DNA of 63,436 bases, counting the filler, from Reclinomonas americana ATCC 50394 (Eukaryota): NCBI GenBank assembly GCA_048213135.1. It is 17 parts of 17 records of this genome, joined end to end, with 100 filler letters (N's around TTAATTAATTAA, not from the genome) between each part and the next. Parts side by side here need not be neighbours in the genome. Positions count along the whole stretch, not along the records: positions 36,280 to 41,427 come from AFZH01023064.1; positions 41,528 to 43,002 come from AFZH01023065.1; positions 43,103 to 55,748 come from AFZH01023066.1; 14 more parts are not named here. The stretch is one strand, 5' to 3'. The translations under genes were made by a program, and so were the position numbers. Shown here piece after piece: positions 36,180 through 49,479 of this stretch. The notes beneath the pieces were generated by a model, which saw only the letters and a list, made by a program, of their open reading frames with translations, made no database searches and was not told the DNA's origin. Position 1 is the stretch's first letter. Each line of letters begins with the position of its first letter.

Positions 36180-36280
36180 NNNNNNNNNNNNNNNNNNNNN
36201 NNNNNNNNNNNNNNNNNNNNNNNTTAATTAATTAANNNNNNNNNNNNNNNNNNNNNNNNNNNNNNNNNNNNNNNNNNNNA

Positions 36281-36379
<99 letters not shown>

Positions 36380-37997
36380 CACACACACACACACACTCAA
36401 GATGGTGTTGTTGTCCAACAGTCATCTGCACAATTGCCCGACAATGTTCGCTGCTCCCTGTTTCCGCCGAGGAAGGTGCAGCCGCACGCGGCTGGTACCC
36501 TGCCCGTGGGGCAGCTTGCCAGCGAGCTACACCGTCTTGATCGCCGAGTTTCGAAAGGCGCACACGGCCGGTATTGCATGCGTGATTGGTTCGCTGTTAT
36601 TCTCTCGCGTTCGGTGCACCACCTGCGCGGTGCTGCAGTGGATCACACCCTATTCCAAGCACATACTCTCCTCTTGCCCCACTCCGTTGCGCATGGTCGT
36701 GGACAAGTGCCCGCTTTCAGGCAGAAATCCTGACACGACGATTAAAATAGCCGACTGCTGCACCCTCTCCACTCTCCCACCATTCTCCATGCCCCCTCAC
36801 TCCCACTCTCCCTCGCATCCACCCACCCTCTCCTACATCGCCTCTGCTACTCGCACCACACGATTCTCCACGTGCACGCGTCTTCTGCGCAGCACTGGCG
36901 GTGTTGCAGTCAACGCGGTGTGAGAATTTTCGCACCTGTGCACAATCAAAACTTCGATTCTCGCAAATGTTGGAGAGAAGACCAGCCGAGGAGGTGCGCC
37001 TCTCCCTCTTTTCCTCTATCTCCTCTGACACTGTCACTCACCTATTGCTCACTCACCAGGTGGATTTCATGAACCGCCTCCTCCTCGCCTGCGCCAAGGT
37101 TCTTCCTTTGATCACGCCACGCCATGATCTCCCATGTTTTGTCTCTCATGGCCTCTCTCTCTCTCTTTCTCCTTCAGTGCCCCTGCTCTCTCGCCACTCT
37201 CCACCGCGTGGCACAGTACACTGTGCCCGGCATTCCTCTCCCGCTGATCCGCGGCATTGTCAATCTGCTTGTCTCCGAGGGCCGTCTGCGAGTGGTCCCC
37301 TCCTCTGCAGCTGCTGCAGCAGCAGAGGAGGAGGACGATAGCAGTGCTGCAGTGGCGGCAATGCGCGAGCTGCCCTTCTTTGCTGACAACCAAGACAACG
37401 AGGAGGATGAGGACGACGAGCGCGTTCTCTACGCCTCAACCCTGTCGTTCCTGCTGCTGGATGGCGCCAGGTGCTCTTCTTCTGGACTCGTCTCTCTCCT
37501 TCTCTCCGCTGACCCCGCGATCATGCAGGAGCCGATCCAACTCACTCAGCGAGCTGCTGCCACCGACCTCCTCGGTTTCGTCGTCATCGTCATCGTCGTC
37601 GGCGGCGTCATCGGCGTGCTCGGTGCAAGAGGTTCGCGTCGTGGTGGAGGACTGTGCGCCCGAGTCGCCGCCTCCTCCTCCACCACCTCCGCCACCACAG
37701 CCACCGGCTCCTGCTGTCGTCAAGCCATCGCCACCATCGTTCTGTGCCCTGTGTTTGCTCGAGGCCGGCAGGCCGAGTGCTCACTTGCGCGTGTAGGGTG
37801 TGGCCACCGATCGCGGTGGAGTCGCACGCACAGGCAGACGATGTCTGTCTGCGCGCTCCTCCTCCGCCTCCTCCTCGTCGTCGGCGCTCGTGCAGCTGTC
37901 GGTGCGATCGGTCGTGTCTGACGGGGAGCTCCATGCGACTCTTTGTCTTGACGTGCCTCGTGGCCGCCGCACTGGAGGCATTCATGGTCGGCGTCGG

Positions 37998-40075
37998 TAT
38001 CTAGTTACGTCTTCTCTCTCTCTGGGCACTGTGTTGCAGGGACATGCATGCTGACCACACGCTCAGTGGCTCCGACATTGCGGCCTTTATCGTCGGCATT
38101 CTGGCGAGCTCCTTCATCATTGCCTGCGGCATCCTTTTCATTGGTGCGGGATCAAGACACGGCTTTCTGCGCGCTACTCTCTTTTGTGTGGTCGTAGCCG
38201 GCGCGGTGGTTGGCAGTGGATTCCTGATTGTCAGTTGCGTGGCCATGGGCGCCTTGTGATCATCGTTGCAAGTTGTCTCTCTCTCACACACATGCGCCGT
38301 GCAGACATTGAGTACTACCGCAGTGTGAGCAGCCGCAAGCTGGCGCCCGGAACAGTGTCAGTGAGCCAGGTCCGCAACTTCACCGCCAGCGGCCAGTACG
38401 ACACGTATGTGCTGTCAACTGCGCCGGTGGTGGACATTGACCGGGTGAGCGACATGAGGGAGCCCGGCGGCTTTGATTCGGACGGCGATCCTGTGTTGCG
38501 TTTCTTGTCGCTGTTGTTTACTGCGGGGTGGAGTGCTGTGGTGCTCACGCGACTGTTGATGAAAATGCGCAGAGAGTTGCGTCGTTGTTCGAGGTGGTGA
38601 CATTGCGAGCGTTCTTGAGAAAATAACATGCGCACCTCGAACAGTAACCTGTGGTGCACCGCTCCCATCTACGACAGCGCGGAGAGGCAGACGATTCTTG
38701 CTTTTACCACGTGCAAGCTGGTGAGTGATGAATCGAGGAAGTCCAGTTACTCCCGTCTTGTCTCTCTCGATTTCACCCTTATCACTCTTCGACGCCGACC
38801 TGATGCGCATGTCAGTCTTTCTCTTGGGCAACTCTGGTGTTTCGTATCCTTCATTCGCTTGCTGTTTGCAAGTCTTTCCCTCCATCTCTTCTGCGGCTCT
38901 TGCTTTTCTCAGGCGCTCCCCCTCAGTCTCTCTCTCCTTTGTCCTCGCTCGCCTCATTGAAGGCCTGTGCTTTTCTCCACCTCCTCCGTTGGTGTTTGTC
39001 TCTCATTCTCCGTCTCCAGTCCATCACGTCCACTTGCCCACTGCCGTTCGTTCTTCTCCATTGACCATTGCTTCTCACGCATTTGCTTTCTGTGTCTCGC
39101 TGTCATACCGCCTCTCGCCTGCTTCTTCATTTATTCCGTCTCTCTGCCTTCTCCCATTCCCATCTCTCTGCCGTTCCTTCTCCCATCCACTTGCCCGCTT
39201 TCTCCATTCGTTCTTCTCCATTGACCATCGCTTCTCACCCAGTCGCTGTCCTTGTCATCTTTCCGTCTCTCTGCCTTCTCCCATCCCCGTCTCTTTGACG
39301 ATCCTTCTCCCGTTGACCATCGCTTCTCACCCAGTCGCTGTCCTTGTCTCGCTATCATGCCGTCTCTTGTCTGCTCCCTTCGTTTTCCGTCTCTGGCCTG
39401 CAGCTGCACCCGTCTTCTTTCATCTCTGGCCTGCACCATTTGTCGTCTCGGTCGTTCCTTCTCCTTTCTCTCCCTCCCCTCCCCCCCCTCCCCCCCCCCC
39501 CCCGTCCTCTCTCACACACACACACAATCCCTGTCCCTTTCCGCCCCCCGCAGAAGGGCGTCTACGACACCACCAACTGCAGCAACGCCCTCGGCCGCTT
39601 CTTCTGCATGGCGCAATGGACGGCGCCCTCCTCCGGTATCTTCGAGGTCAAGTCGCACGGGTTCGACGACCACGACATGTCGATGGTGACCGCCAGCGCC
39701 GCGGAAATCAGCGCTACTTCTACGAGCCAGACCGTGGCACAGCCGCCGCTCTTTGTGCAGATCTCACGCGACGCCACCGTCACTCCGGCCATGGTGTACA
39801 AGTTGCGCATCACGTCACTGAAGATTACACGGGGGAATAGAGCGGGGGAAGAGCAAGAGGGGGAAGTGACAGAGCAAGGCAGAAGAGAGGTGAAAATCGG
39901 CAAAAGAAGGAGAAGACGGGGAGAAAGGGGAAAAGAAGCTCTCCCCGTTCATTCGTTCTCACTCCCACACCTGCAGGTTCGCTCTGCGCAACGCACTATT
40001 TGCGCACGGCATCGCCATTGTTGCGCCACTGATCCTACTGGCGCTGGTGATGGTGTGCCAGCGCATAGTAGAAAT
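37998..40075 (+). CDS. Unidentified multi-exon membrane protein (eukaryotic); further coding exons likely at 36400-37990
   Basis: GT..AG-bounded exons with TM segments (IAAFIVGILASSFIIACGILFIG) and YYRSVSSRKL..., WCTAPI, KGVYDTTNCS... Confidence 0.4.
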
Positions 40076-40299
40076 ATAGCGGAGAAGAACTGCTGGGTTT
40101 GACGCTCGCCGCATGCAGATAGCAATCCGGTTCAATTATTGCAGCAAGGTCGAAGAGAAGGATGATCATTACGGAAAACTGATCGCCTTGCAGTCACGCA
40201 ACCCAAGCATGCCAGAGGCAGTTGCGGGAACGGGACCATCGGCTCCTCCAAAGACCTGGGGAGAAGGTGGTCTGGACGGCAGCCAACATATCGCTGACC

Positions 40300-41197
40300 T
40301 CAAAGGTCAAGTGCCACGGTTGTCCGCCCATGCGCCCACTTCTTCAGGAGAGCGGTTGCATTCTTGGTGCCCACATTGCCGTCGGCGTCCTCTGTCAACA
40401 ATTCTTGACCATCAGAAATCCAGATCACCAGGAGAGGAGCTTCGGCCCCCATGCGGCGCAATGCGCCGCTGAACATGGTTACCGCCAGGTCGATCAACTC
40501 CATGGGATCGATTTCAGCAGGCGGTATAATCAGCTCGCGGAAGATGTTGCCCACGATCTGGGAGTACTAGTTGCGCTCGTGAGTTGTCGCAGAGAAAAAA
40601 TATAACGGAAACCAAAAGGTGGACCTTCGTGTTGCCGCTTGAGCTTGACGTTTCCAGAATGGACTTGACCAGTGGTGAGTTGTACATGAGGATAGTGCGA
40701 AGGCCAATGTCATTCATCACTTCGGCCTCCGTCATCTGGGCACGGTCAATCGAAAAGGCGGCGGCCGCCGCTAAGATGCGGAGCGCCGCAACGTTGGTGT
40801 TGCTGTTGAGGTCCATTTGAACAACTTGTACGCGCCGCGGCTTCTCAGGCACACTCGCCGCCTTCGTAGCCGCTTGCTTTAGTGCACTCGCCACGACAGT
40901 AGTCTTGCCATTGTTGTGGGGCCCATAGACCAACAGCGGGTTTCTGTAGCGTCCGTCCACGACGAACTGCACGATCTTCTTCTCCTCCGCCGGATGCACG
41001 TAGTTGACGCAGTCGTTGCCGAGTGCATCGCGACCGACGCGCATCATCCGATTTCTGAAGATGACGCGGACGTCCTTCTCCGACCAGACGAACCGCTTGT
41101 AAATGCAGAATCCGCTGATCACTGTGCCCGCGAGGGACACCCCGGCCACGAAGTGGCCAATCCCGCGGAGCAAACTGCCCGCTCCACGTGCATTCAT
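40300..41197 (-). CDS. P-loop ATPase (archaeal ATPase-like) with an N-terminal hydrophobic segment; at least one intron
   Basis: Walker A LLVYGPHNNGKTT; Walker B-like LLVIWISDGQ in the second exon. Confidence 0.6.
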
Positions 41198-41335
41198 GAG
41201 CTGCAAAGGCCAGCCAATTGCAAAAGAGTGTGAGTGCTTCGCTGCGCATGCGCGCGGCCGGCTGCGGGTTGCAATCTTCGAATTCTCAATCAACACAGAT
41301 AAGTCAGACGTCTTGGAGAGACGAGCACGTCAACG

Positions 41336-41427
<92 letters not shown>

Positions 41428-41527
41428 NNNNNNNNNNNNNNNNNNNNNNNNNNNNNNNNNNNNNNNNNNNNTTAATTAATTAANNNNNNNNNNNNNNNNN
41501 NNNNNNNNNNNNNNNNNNNNNNNNNNN

Positions 41528-41614
<87 letters not shown>

Positions 41615-42104
41615 CAGCTGCAGATCGATATCGACACCGAAAAGCCAAGGACGCGTTCCGGAGAGACGAGCACGTCAACAACTCACACCCTCTCACAACA
41701 GCCCACATACACACACGCACGCACCACACAACACACCCCAACAAATTGTTTTTCGTGTTACCGCTGCGGTACCGTAAATAATATGGCGGGAACACGGTCC
41801 ACCGGTCGGCGACGAACTCCAAGCATCCGCAACGTTGCAAGAGCGAGCAAATCAGGTGGTGGTACGCGACAGAAGAGCATCTTGAGGTCAAGGTATGCCG
41901 AAAACCGACCGGATCCGCAGCGGACTGACCATTGTCGATCGCGAAGTTGACAAGTAACAAGCTCCCTGCAACTCAAAGAATGCATATATCATTTTCCCAC
42001 GTACCCCATGTATCTGTATCTCTTGCGCTACGACCACTGGGCGTGTTGAACTCACCACAACTTCATGATGTCCTGCCAATCACAATCACTTCCTATCCGT
42101 CGCC

Positions 42105-42350
42105 ATGAGCGAGAGCGACCTGCAACAGTACTTTCGACTGCGCGGCATGCCTGTGCCTGTCTTTGAGCAGCAGCAGCAGTCGTCATCCTCCTCACACCGC
42201 ACAGTGCGCGCCACTCTGCACGATGGCCGCACAGTGAGAGCCAGTGCTGCAAGTGCGCAAGAGGCGCGTCTCAAGTGCGTTGCTGCGTTGCATTCGTTGG
42301 TGGAGAAGGATGAGGAGCGGGCGCCGACTGTGGCGCTCTGCGATCAAGGT
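42105..42350 (+). CDS. Exon encoding a dsRNA-binding-domain-like fold
   Basis: SDLQQYFRLRGMPVPVFE...TVRATL..GRTVRASAASAQEARLKCVAAL resembles the dsRBD consensus (LQE...P.Y...A.SK..A...AA). Confidence 0.5.
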
Positions 42351-43210
42351 GGGTGGTGAGGGAAGTGTGTGAGTGTGTTGTTATGTGCAGATGCACATGT
42401 GCTCGTTTTGGACACCAAGGGAGAGGGAGAGAGCGCGAAGGGACGTGCAGAGAACAGAGAGGGGAAGTGTGCTTGTCTTGCTTACTCGCACTCTCCAGTC
42501 TTCTCTTGTCCTTGACTCCTCTGTATGTCTTCCCACTCTCTCCTCTCCTGTCTCTCCTCTCACTTCTCCACTTGCATACTTTGCCACACATGTTCTTCCT
42601 TTCACTCCTCTCTCCTCTCTTGTCACTGTTCCCTTGCTTCCTCTCTGCTCTTCTCTTCCATCCATTGCATCTCTTTGCCATCCATTCTTCGTCTCTTCTC
42701 TCTCTTCTCCTGTCTCTCCTCTCACTTCTCCACTAGCATACCTCGCCACTCATGTCTCTTCCTTTCGCTCCTCCCCCTTCTCTTGTCCTTGTCTCCTCTG
42801 TATGTCTTCCCGCTCTTCGTCTTTCCCTCCCTTCTCCTGTCTCTCTCCTCTCACTTCTCCACTTACATGCTTCGTCACATATCCGTCGCTTCCTTCACCT
42901 CCTCTTCCTCCCCGTCACTTCATGCCCTCCTTGCCTTCTCTCTTCTGTTCCTCCTTGCTCTTCTTCTGTCTCTCCTCTCACTTCTCCTGACTCTCATCCC
43001 CANNNNNNNNNNNNNNNNNNNNNNNNNNNNNNNNNNNNNNNNNNNNTTAATTAATTAANNNNNNNNNNNNNNNNNNNNNNNNNNNNNNNNNNNNNNNNNN
43101 NNCCCTCCTCCGCCTCCTCCCCTCCCCTTCCCCCTCCCCTTCCCCTCCCCCTCCCCTCCCCTTTTCCCCTTCCCCTTTTCTCACCCCTTCCCCTTTCCCC
43201 TTTCCCTCAG

Positions 43211-44086
43211 ACCTACCAACGCGGCGGGCAACCCGTCCTCTCCGTCATCCAACTGGCCACGGAGAGCGCCTGCCTGGTGGCGCGCGTGGCCCACTGGGAC
43301 CGCCTGCCTGCCTCACTACGGTCGGTGCTGGAGTCGTCCTCCATCCTCAAGATCGCCTTCGCCGTCAGCAACGACGTGGAGGTGCTGCAGCGAGCGTTTG
43401 GCGGGGCGCCGCGATCGCTCGGCACGGTGCTGGACGTGCAGGTGGCCATTCAGAAGCTGCATGGGTGAGTGCCTCGACGCTAGAGTGCGTGTCGTGCGCT
43501 CTGTGTGGCTCATGGAGGAAGGAGCAGGTTCCGTGAATCACCGGGCCTCGATCGCATGGTGGAGCGCTTCCTGGCGGTGTCGCTCGACAAGAGCAAGAGC
43601 GTGCGCTGCTCCAACTGGACGCAGTGGCCACTCACCCCACGACAGATTGCCTACGCTGCTGTTGCGTTCTCTTTGCAGACGGAGAGTCCTGTTGTTCTTT
43701 CAGCGACTGACTGACGGTGGCTGCTACAGTCCGACGCCTGTGTGCTACTCCCACTGGCGACCGCCGCCTGTCCAGAAGAACTGGCCGTCCACAAACTCAA
43801 ATGCCTCTCGTCCAAAACGAAACCACCAGCTCGCCTTCTGCTCGGACTACCCTCGAAGCACACGCCCTCATCATCATCGTCATCCTCGTCAACTGCTGCT
43901 GCACCTCCACCGCTCGCCTACAAGGCACACCGCTCAAAAGACGCCTCTGCAGCGCCCCCCATTCCCCCACGCCCTCCCATTCGCAAGCCATCCATCGCCG
44001 CTCGCAAGAGGTTACGCGATCACGATACACTGCATCCGGAGGGCGCAGCAATGGCCGCACAGCAGAAACGGCGAAGGAAGAAGTGA
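43211..44086 (+). CDS. DEDDy 3'-5' exonuclease (WRN/Mut-7/EXD-like), multi-exon, 5' part lost in gap
   Basis: LSVIQLAT, LRSVLESSSILKIAF..NDV, VLDVQ, GLDRMVERFL..SLDK..RCSNW...PLTPRQIAYAA.DA. Confidence 0.85.
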
Positions 44087-44166
44087 ACGCATGATTTACA
44101 GTTGTGATTGGACGTGCAATCAATCAACTGAGTGACGCACACTGGAGACAGAGAGAGGCCGCAACC

Positions 44167-45012
44167 ATGAATATGAGCGATACAACAAGTTGAGTGTCAC
44201 GCGTGCACACACTTGCAATCTCTCGCACACACACACGCACAAGTCGCGTGTTTTTCGCGCGCGAAATCAAATGACTGACTCGTCTCTCTCTCTTCTCTCT
44301 CTCTCTCCACTCGCGTGCACACAAACAACAGAGATAGGCGTGGCCATCACTGGCTTTGGCGCCTTTTTCACATTTCTCGGGTGAGTGCGCTCACAGTGAA
44401 AAAAGAGAGAGACAAAGACACGTGTTATTAATCACGCGTGTTCTCTCTCACACACAGAGTGATGCTGTTCTTTGATCGTGGCCTGATGGCGTTTGGCAAC
44501 GTTGCGCTCTCTCACAGTGCCTCTCACTCGCTCACACACTCTCTGACTTCAAATTCGTTCAAAAGATCTTGTTCCTCGGCGGTCTCTTCTTCAGCATTGG
44601 ATCACAGAACGCCTTTGCGTTTTTCAAGACAGAACCTCTGAAGGGCTCTGGCCTCTTCTTCTTGGGCGTGTTTCTGGTGCTGGCCGGCTGGCCTTTCCTC
44701 GGTAATGAGTTGTCACACACTAGGAGGAGGAGGAGGAGCGATTGTTGTTTTGTGTTGAACACTCGCGTGCAGGCTTTGTGGCCGAGGCCGTGGGAGCATT
44801 CTACTTGTTTGGTCGGTTTGTGAGCAAGCTGATCTCCAACCTGGCTTGGATCCCGTTCATCGGACCCATCTTTGGCATGTTGCAATCACGGGTGAGAGTT
44901 TGCGTTTTTGGAAGATGGATCGCGTCTGTGCTCGACCTCACCTTGCATGCGTGCAGCTCATGTCGTTCTTTGGCAACTCGAAGAAGGACGATCAGACGGT
45001 GAATTCGGTGTG
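44167..45012 (+). CDS. GOT1: Vesicle transport protein GOT1, multi-exon
   Basis: KIGVAITGFGAFFTFLGVMLFFDRGLMAFGNILFLGG...FF..KGSGLFFLGVFLVLAGWPFLG. Confidence 0.9.
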
Positions 45013-45097
45013 AGCGGAAGGGCAGTCACCGCCACCGCCCCCCCGTCGGTGGATTATTTGTGCGATAATGAACAATATATGGAATGGCAGAGGCGTG

Positions 45098-46294
45098 TTA
45101 CTGTATTAGTCTATGGCGTACGCCAGGTGGTGCTCTTCGCGCAGTCTTCGCAGCACGGGATCGAAGAGCGCGCTGAGTGTGGCGGGGGATTTCTCGGTGA
45201 GGCGGATGAGCAGGCTGCGTGGGAGGGGGAAGGGGGAGAATTAGGAGCAGGGAGGAAGAGAGGGAGGGTAAGGGGGAAGGAGAGGAGGGGGAGGAGAGGA
45301 AGTGAGGGGTGAAAGGGAAGAGGGGATAGGGGAGACGAGAGAAGAATGCAGGTTGGATGGCGGGATGGAGAGCAGAGGGGAAAAGGGAACGGCGGGAGAG
45401 AAAGTAAGAAGAAAGAGAGTGAGAGAAGGGCGAAGTAGAGGAATTAACAGGGGGATCGTGGACGAGGATGAAGGAGACGGGAGGAAAATGGAGGGTGCAG
45501 GAGAGAGAATAAGAGAGGAAGGTGGAAAGGGGAGGAGGGGGATAGGCGAAGAAGAGGAGCGCGGGAGGAAAGGAGAGAGAGTGAGAGAAAGGGAGGAGAA
45601 AGGGATGAGGGTGAAGGAGAGAGAGTAACAGGGGAAGGTGGAATGGGGAGGGGGATAGGCGAAGAAGAGGAGCGAGGGAGGAAAAGGGAGAGACTGGGAG
45701 AGAGAAGAGAGCGAAAAGGAGGGAGAACTGCGGGAAAGAAGATGTCGGAGAGGGAAGCACGAGCAGGGCGAATGAGGGGAGAGAATGAGAAAGAGAAGAG
45801 AGTGTGGGAGACGAGATAATGAGTGGGGGTGATGAAGAAGGATTAGGATGAAGGGAGAGCAGGAGAGAGAGCCGGAGACGAGAGAAAGAGCGACAGGAGC
45901 GGAGAGATACAGAAAGAAAATTGCACAGAGAGTGGGAGAGAGAGAGCTAGGGGCAGAATGAAAGGGCGGAGAGAGTTCTGTGGGAAAGCAGAGACTCGGA
46001 GAGGGAAAAACGAGCAGGTTGACTGAGAAAGAGAGACACTCCCTCTCATGGTACTTTCCCCCCTCTCCCCCAACACGCAACAATGGCGCATGCGTCTCCT
46101 CGGCCTCGAAATGCACATGCAGAAACACGCGGTGTCGGACCGGGATCCGCGCTGCAGGCACCGTCGAGTCTGGTGGTCTCAGCAACTCGTCGCAGATGTA
46201 TTCCAAGCGTGCGTACGTGTGGCCTGGGAGACACACAAGAAGGGCGTGAGAGAGAGATGGCAGCCACAGAACAAGAAACGGTCCGCAAATGGCT

Positions 46295-46343
<49 letters not shown>

Positions 46344-47700
46344 CAGAAAATCAACTGCTCTTCCGTCGCACAAAGACCCCTGAGCCGTTCACCTTCCTCT
46401 CAACATGCACACATTCACGGAAGAGCATGAGAGACGGGAGACTGAATCCGATAGTTCTCTTTCTTGCACATTCACAGAAGCGGACGAGAGTCGTCTGTCT
46501 TTCTCTTATCGCAGAGATCTACACTCTCTTGCCTTCTGCCATTCTCTCGACTGAGAAAGCTGCTCTTGCGTTTCGTTGTATTCAATGTCTGCAAGCTTGG
46601 TCGCTGTCCCAACCTTGCTGATTCTCTCCTTCTCTTCAGCTCGTCTTCTCGTTCGCAGTGTCCTCATTCCGTTCTTCCTTGTCTCTGTCTCGTTGCTCTC
46701 GCTTTCGCGCGCACCATTCGCCCCTCTTCCGTTGCTGACTCTCCATCGCTCTACCTGCATCGAGTCATTACTCTTTTTTCCCACTCTGTTCTTTCCCATC
46801 TCTTTCACAGCTGACTCGTCCAGCTCTGTCTCTCCATCGCTCAACTAGCATCCACCTCCTAAGTGTTTCACTCTCTTTCCCACTCGCTGTTCTTTCCCTT
46901 CTCCGTCGCAGCCACTCGTCCAGCTCTGCATCCTCCTCCTCGGTGTTTCACTCTATTCCGTCGCTCTTCTTTCCCTTATTCTTCACAGCTGACTCGTCCA
47001 GCTCTGTCTCTCCGTCGCTCTACCTGCATCCTCCTCCTCGGTGTTTCACTCTGTTCCACTCGCTCACGCTTTCACGCTCACCTTTCGCCCCTCTTTTTGT
47101 TCTGTCTCTCCATTGCTCTACTGCATCCTCCTCCTCCGTGTTTCACTCTCTCATTCCCCACTCGCTCTTCTTTCCCTTCTCCGTCACAGCCACTCGTCCA
47201 GCTCTGCATCCTCCTCCTCGGTGTTTCACTCTCTCTTTCCCCACTCGCTCTTCTTTCCCTTCTCCCTCCTCTTCCTTGCTATCTCTGCACTCTTTACCTC
47301 CCTTTCCCCTTCCGCTGCACTCTTCCCCTCCCTATCCCCTTCCCCTTTCCCCTTCCCCCTCCCCCTTCCCCCCCTTTTCCCCCTTCCATACCATGCAACA
47401 TAACCGTGCCCATCTCCACCACCTTCACCTCCCTCAACAACTCCTCCCTCATCGCCTAACCCACCCACCCACACAATCAGAGCCGCATCACACACACTCC
47501 CACACAGCATGCAAACAAACACCAGTCACACCATGGCCGCAGACACTGTCAAATCCGCCTCCGACGGTGGCATCAGCGCGTCACCCTCCGACGACTCCTG
47601 CTGCACCCGCGTACAAAACTCAAACGCAACCGCACCTATACACAGCTCCACTCCCTCAGCAACGAAGCTCGCCTATGCAAATGAGCTGAAAAGACGCACA
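45098..47700 (-). CDS. Unidentified gene with a few exons separated by long low-complexity introns
   Basis: Coding-like islands at about 45098-45205, 46070-46230 and 47530-47690. Confidence 0.3.
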
Positions 47701-48303
47701 CTCCTTGCACTCCATCAGCAACTCGCGTCTCCGCTGATCCGTATGCACAAACTCATGAACGCTCCACGCAGGTGGGCTCTTGATGCGAGGCGCCCCTTTA
47801 CTGCTCGACTGCTGCTCAATAAGCTCAGTGGCCGATGCTGCAGTGCATTCCCATCAATGAGAGACTGATGAGACTGTGACTGACTGAGAGACAAGTGATG
47901 AGTGAGCAGCAACCGTATTCGTGTGGTAATGGATTCGCGGGTGAGAACCACCACGCGCAGCGTTCGTGCTCTGAGCGGCGTGTGAGGGCTGTGTGGTGTG
48001 TGTGAGAGAATGCATATGCATGCATGCAGGCAGGTGGAGGATGAAAAACGTGCCTCGAGTGGCGCGTTCACGTGCAAGCTCCACGCGTTGCACCTGTGTC
48101 ACGAGGGTTAGTGGGAGTTTGTCAGTGTGTGTGTGTGTGCACAGGGCGAGACATGCACCGTGGTCAGCGAGGCACTGCCACACGAGCCCATTGATGTCTC
48201 TTTGGGTTTGGTATTGAATGAGGACACAGGATGCACGAAGGCAAAGGTTACGATGTTTTTCTATACACATTCATTATTGTGGGCTAAGTTGCATAAACCC
48301 CTG

Positions 48304-49317
<1,014 letters not shown>

Positions 49318-49479
49318 TTATTTTTGCATATTTGCGGACCAACGCGGCTCGAAATAGCAGCGAACATGCAACGAACATGCAAGCGGTCCAACTCGCGGAC
49401 AAGTGCCAACTGGCGGAACCGGCCGGGACCACTCTCCTCGCCGTCCATCGACGTCCCTCACAGTCCGGTCAGGCCCTCC

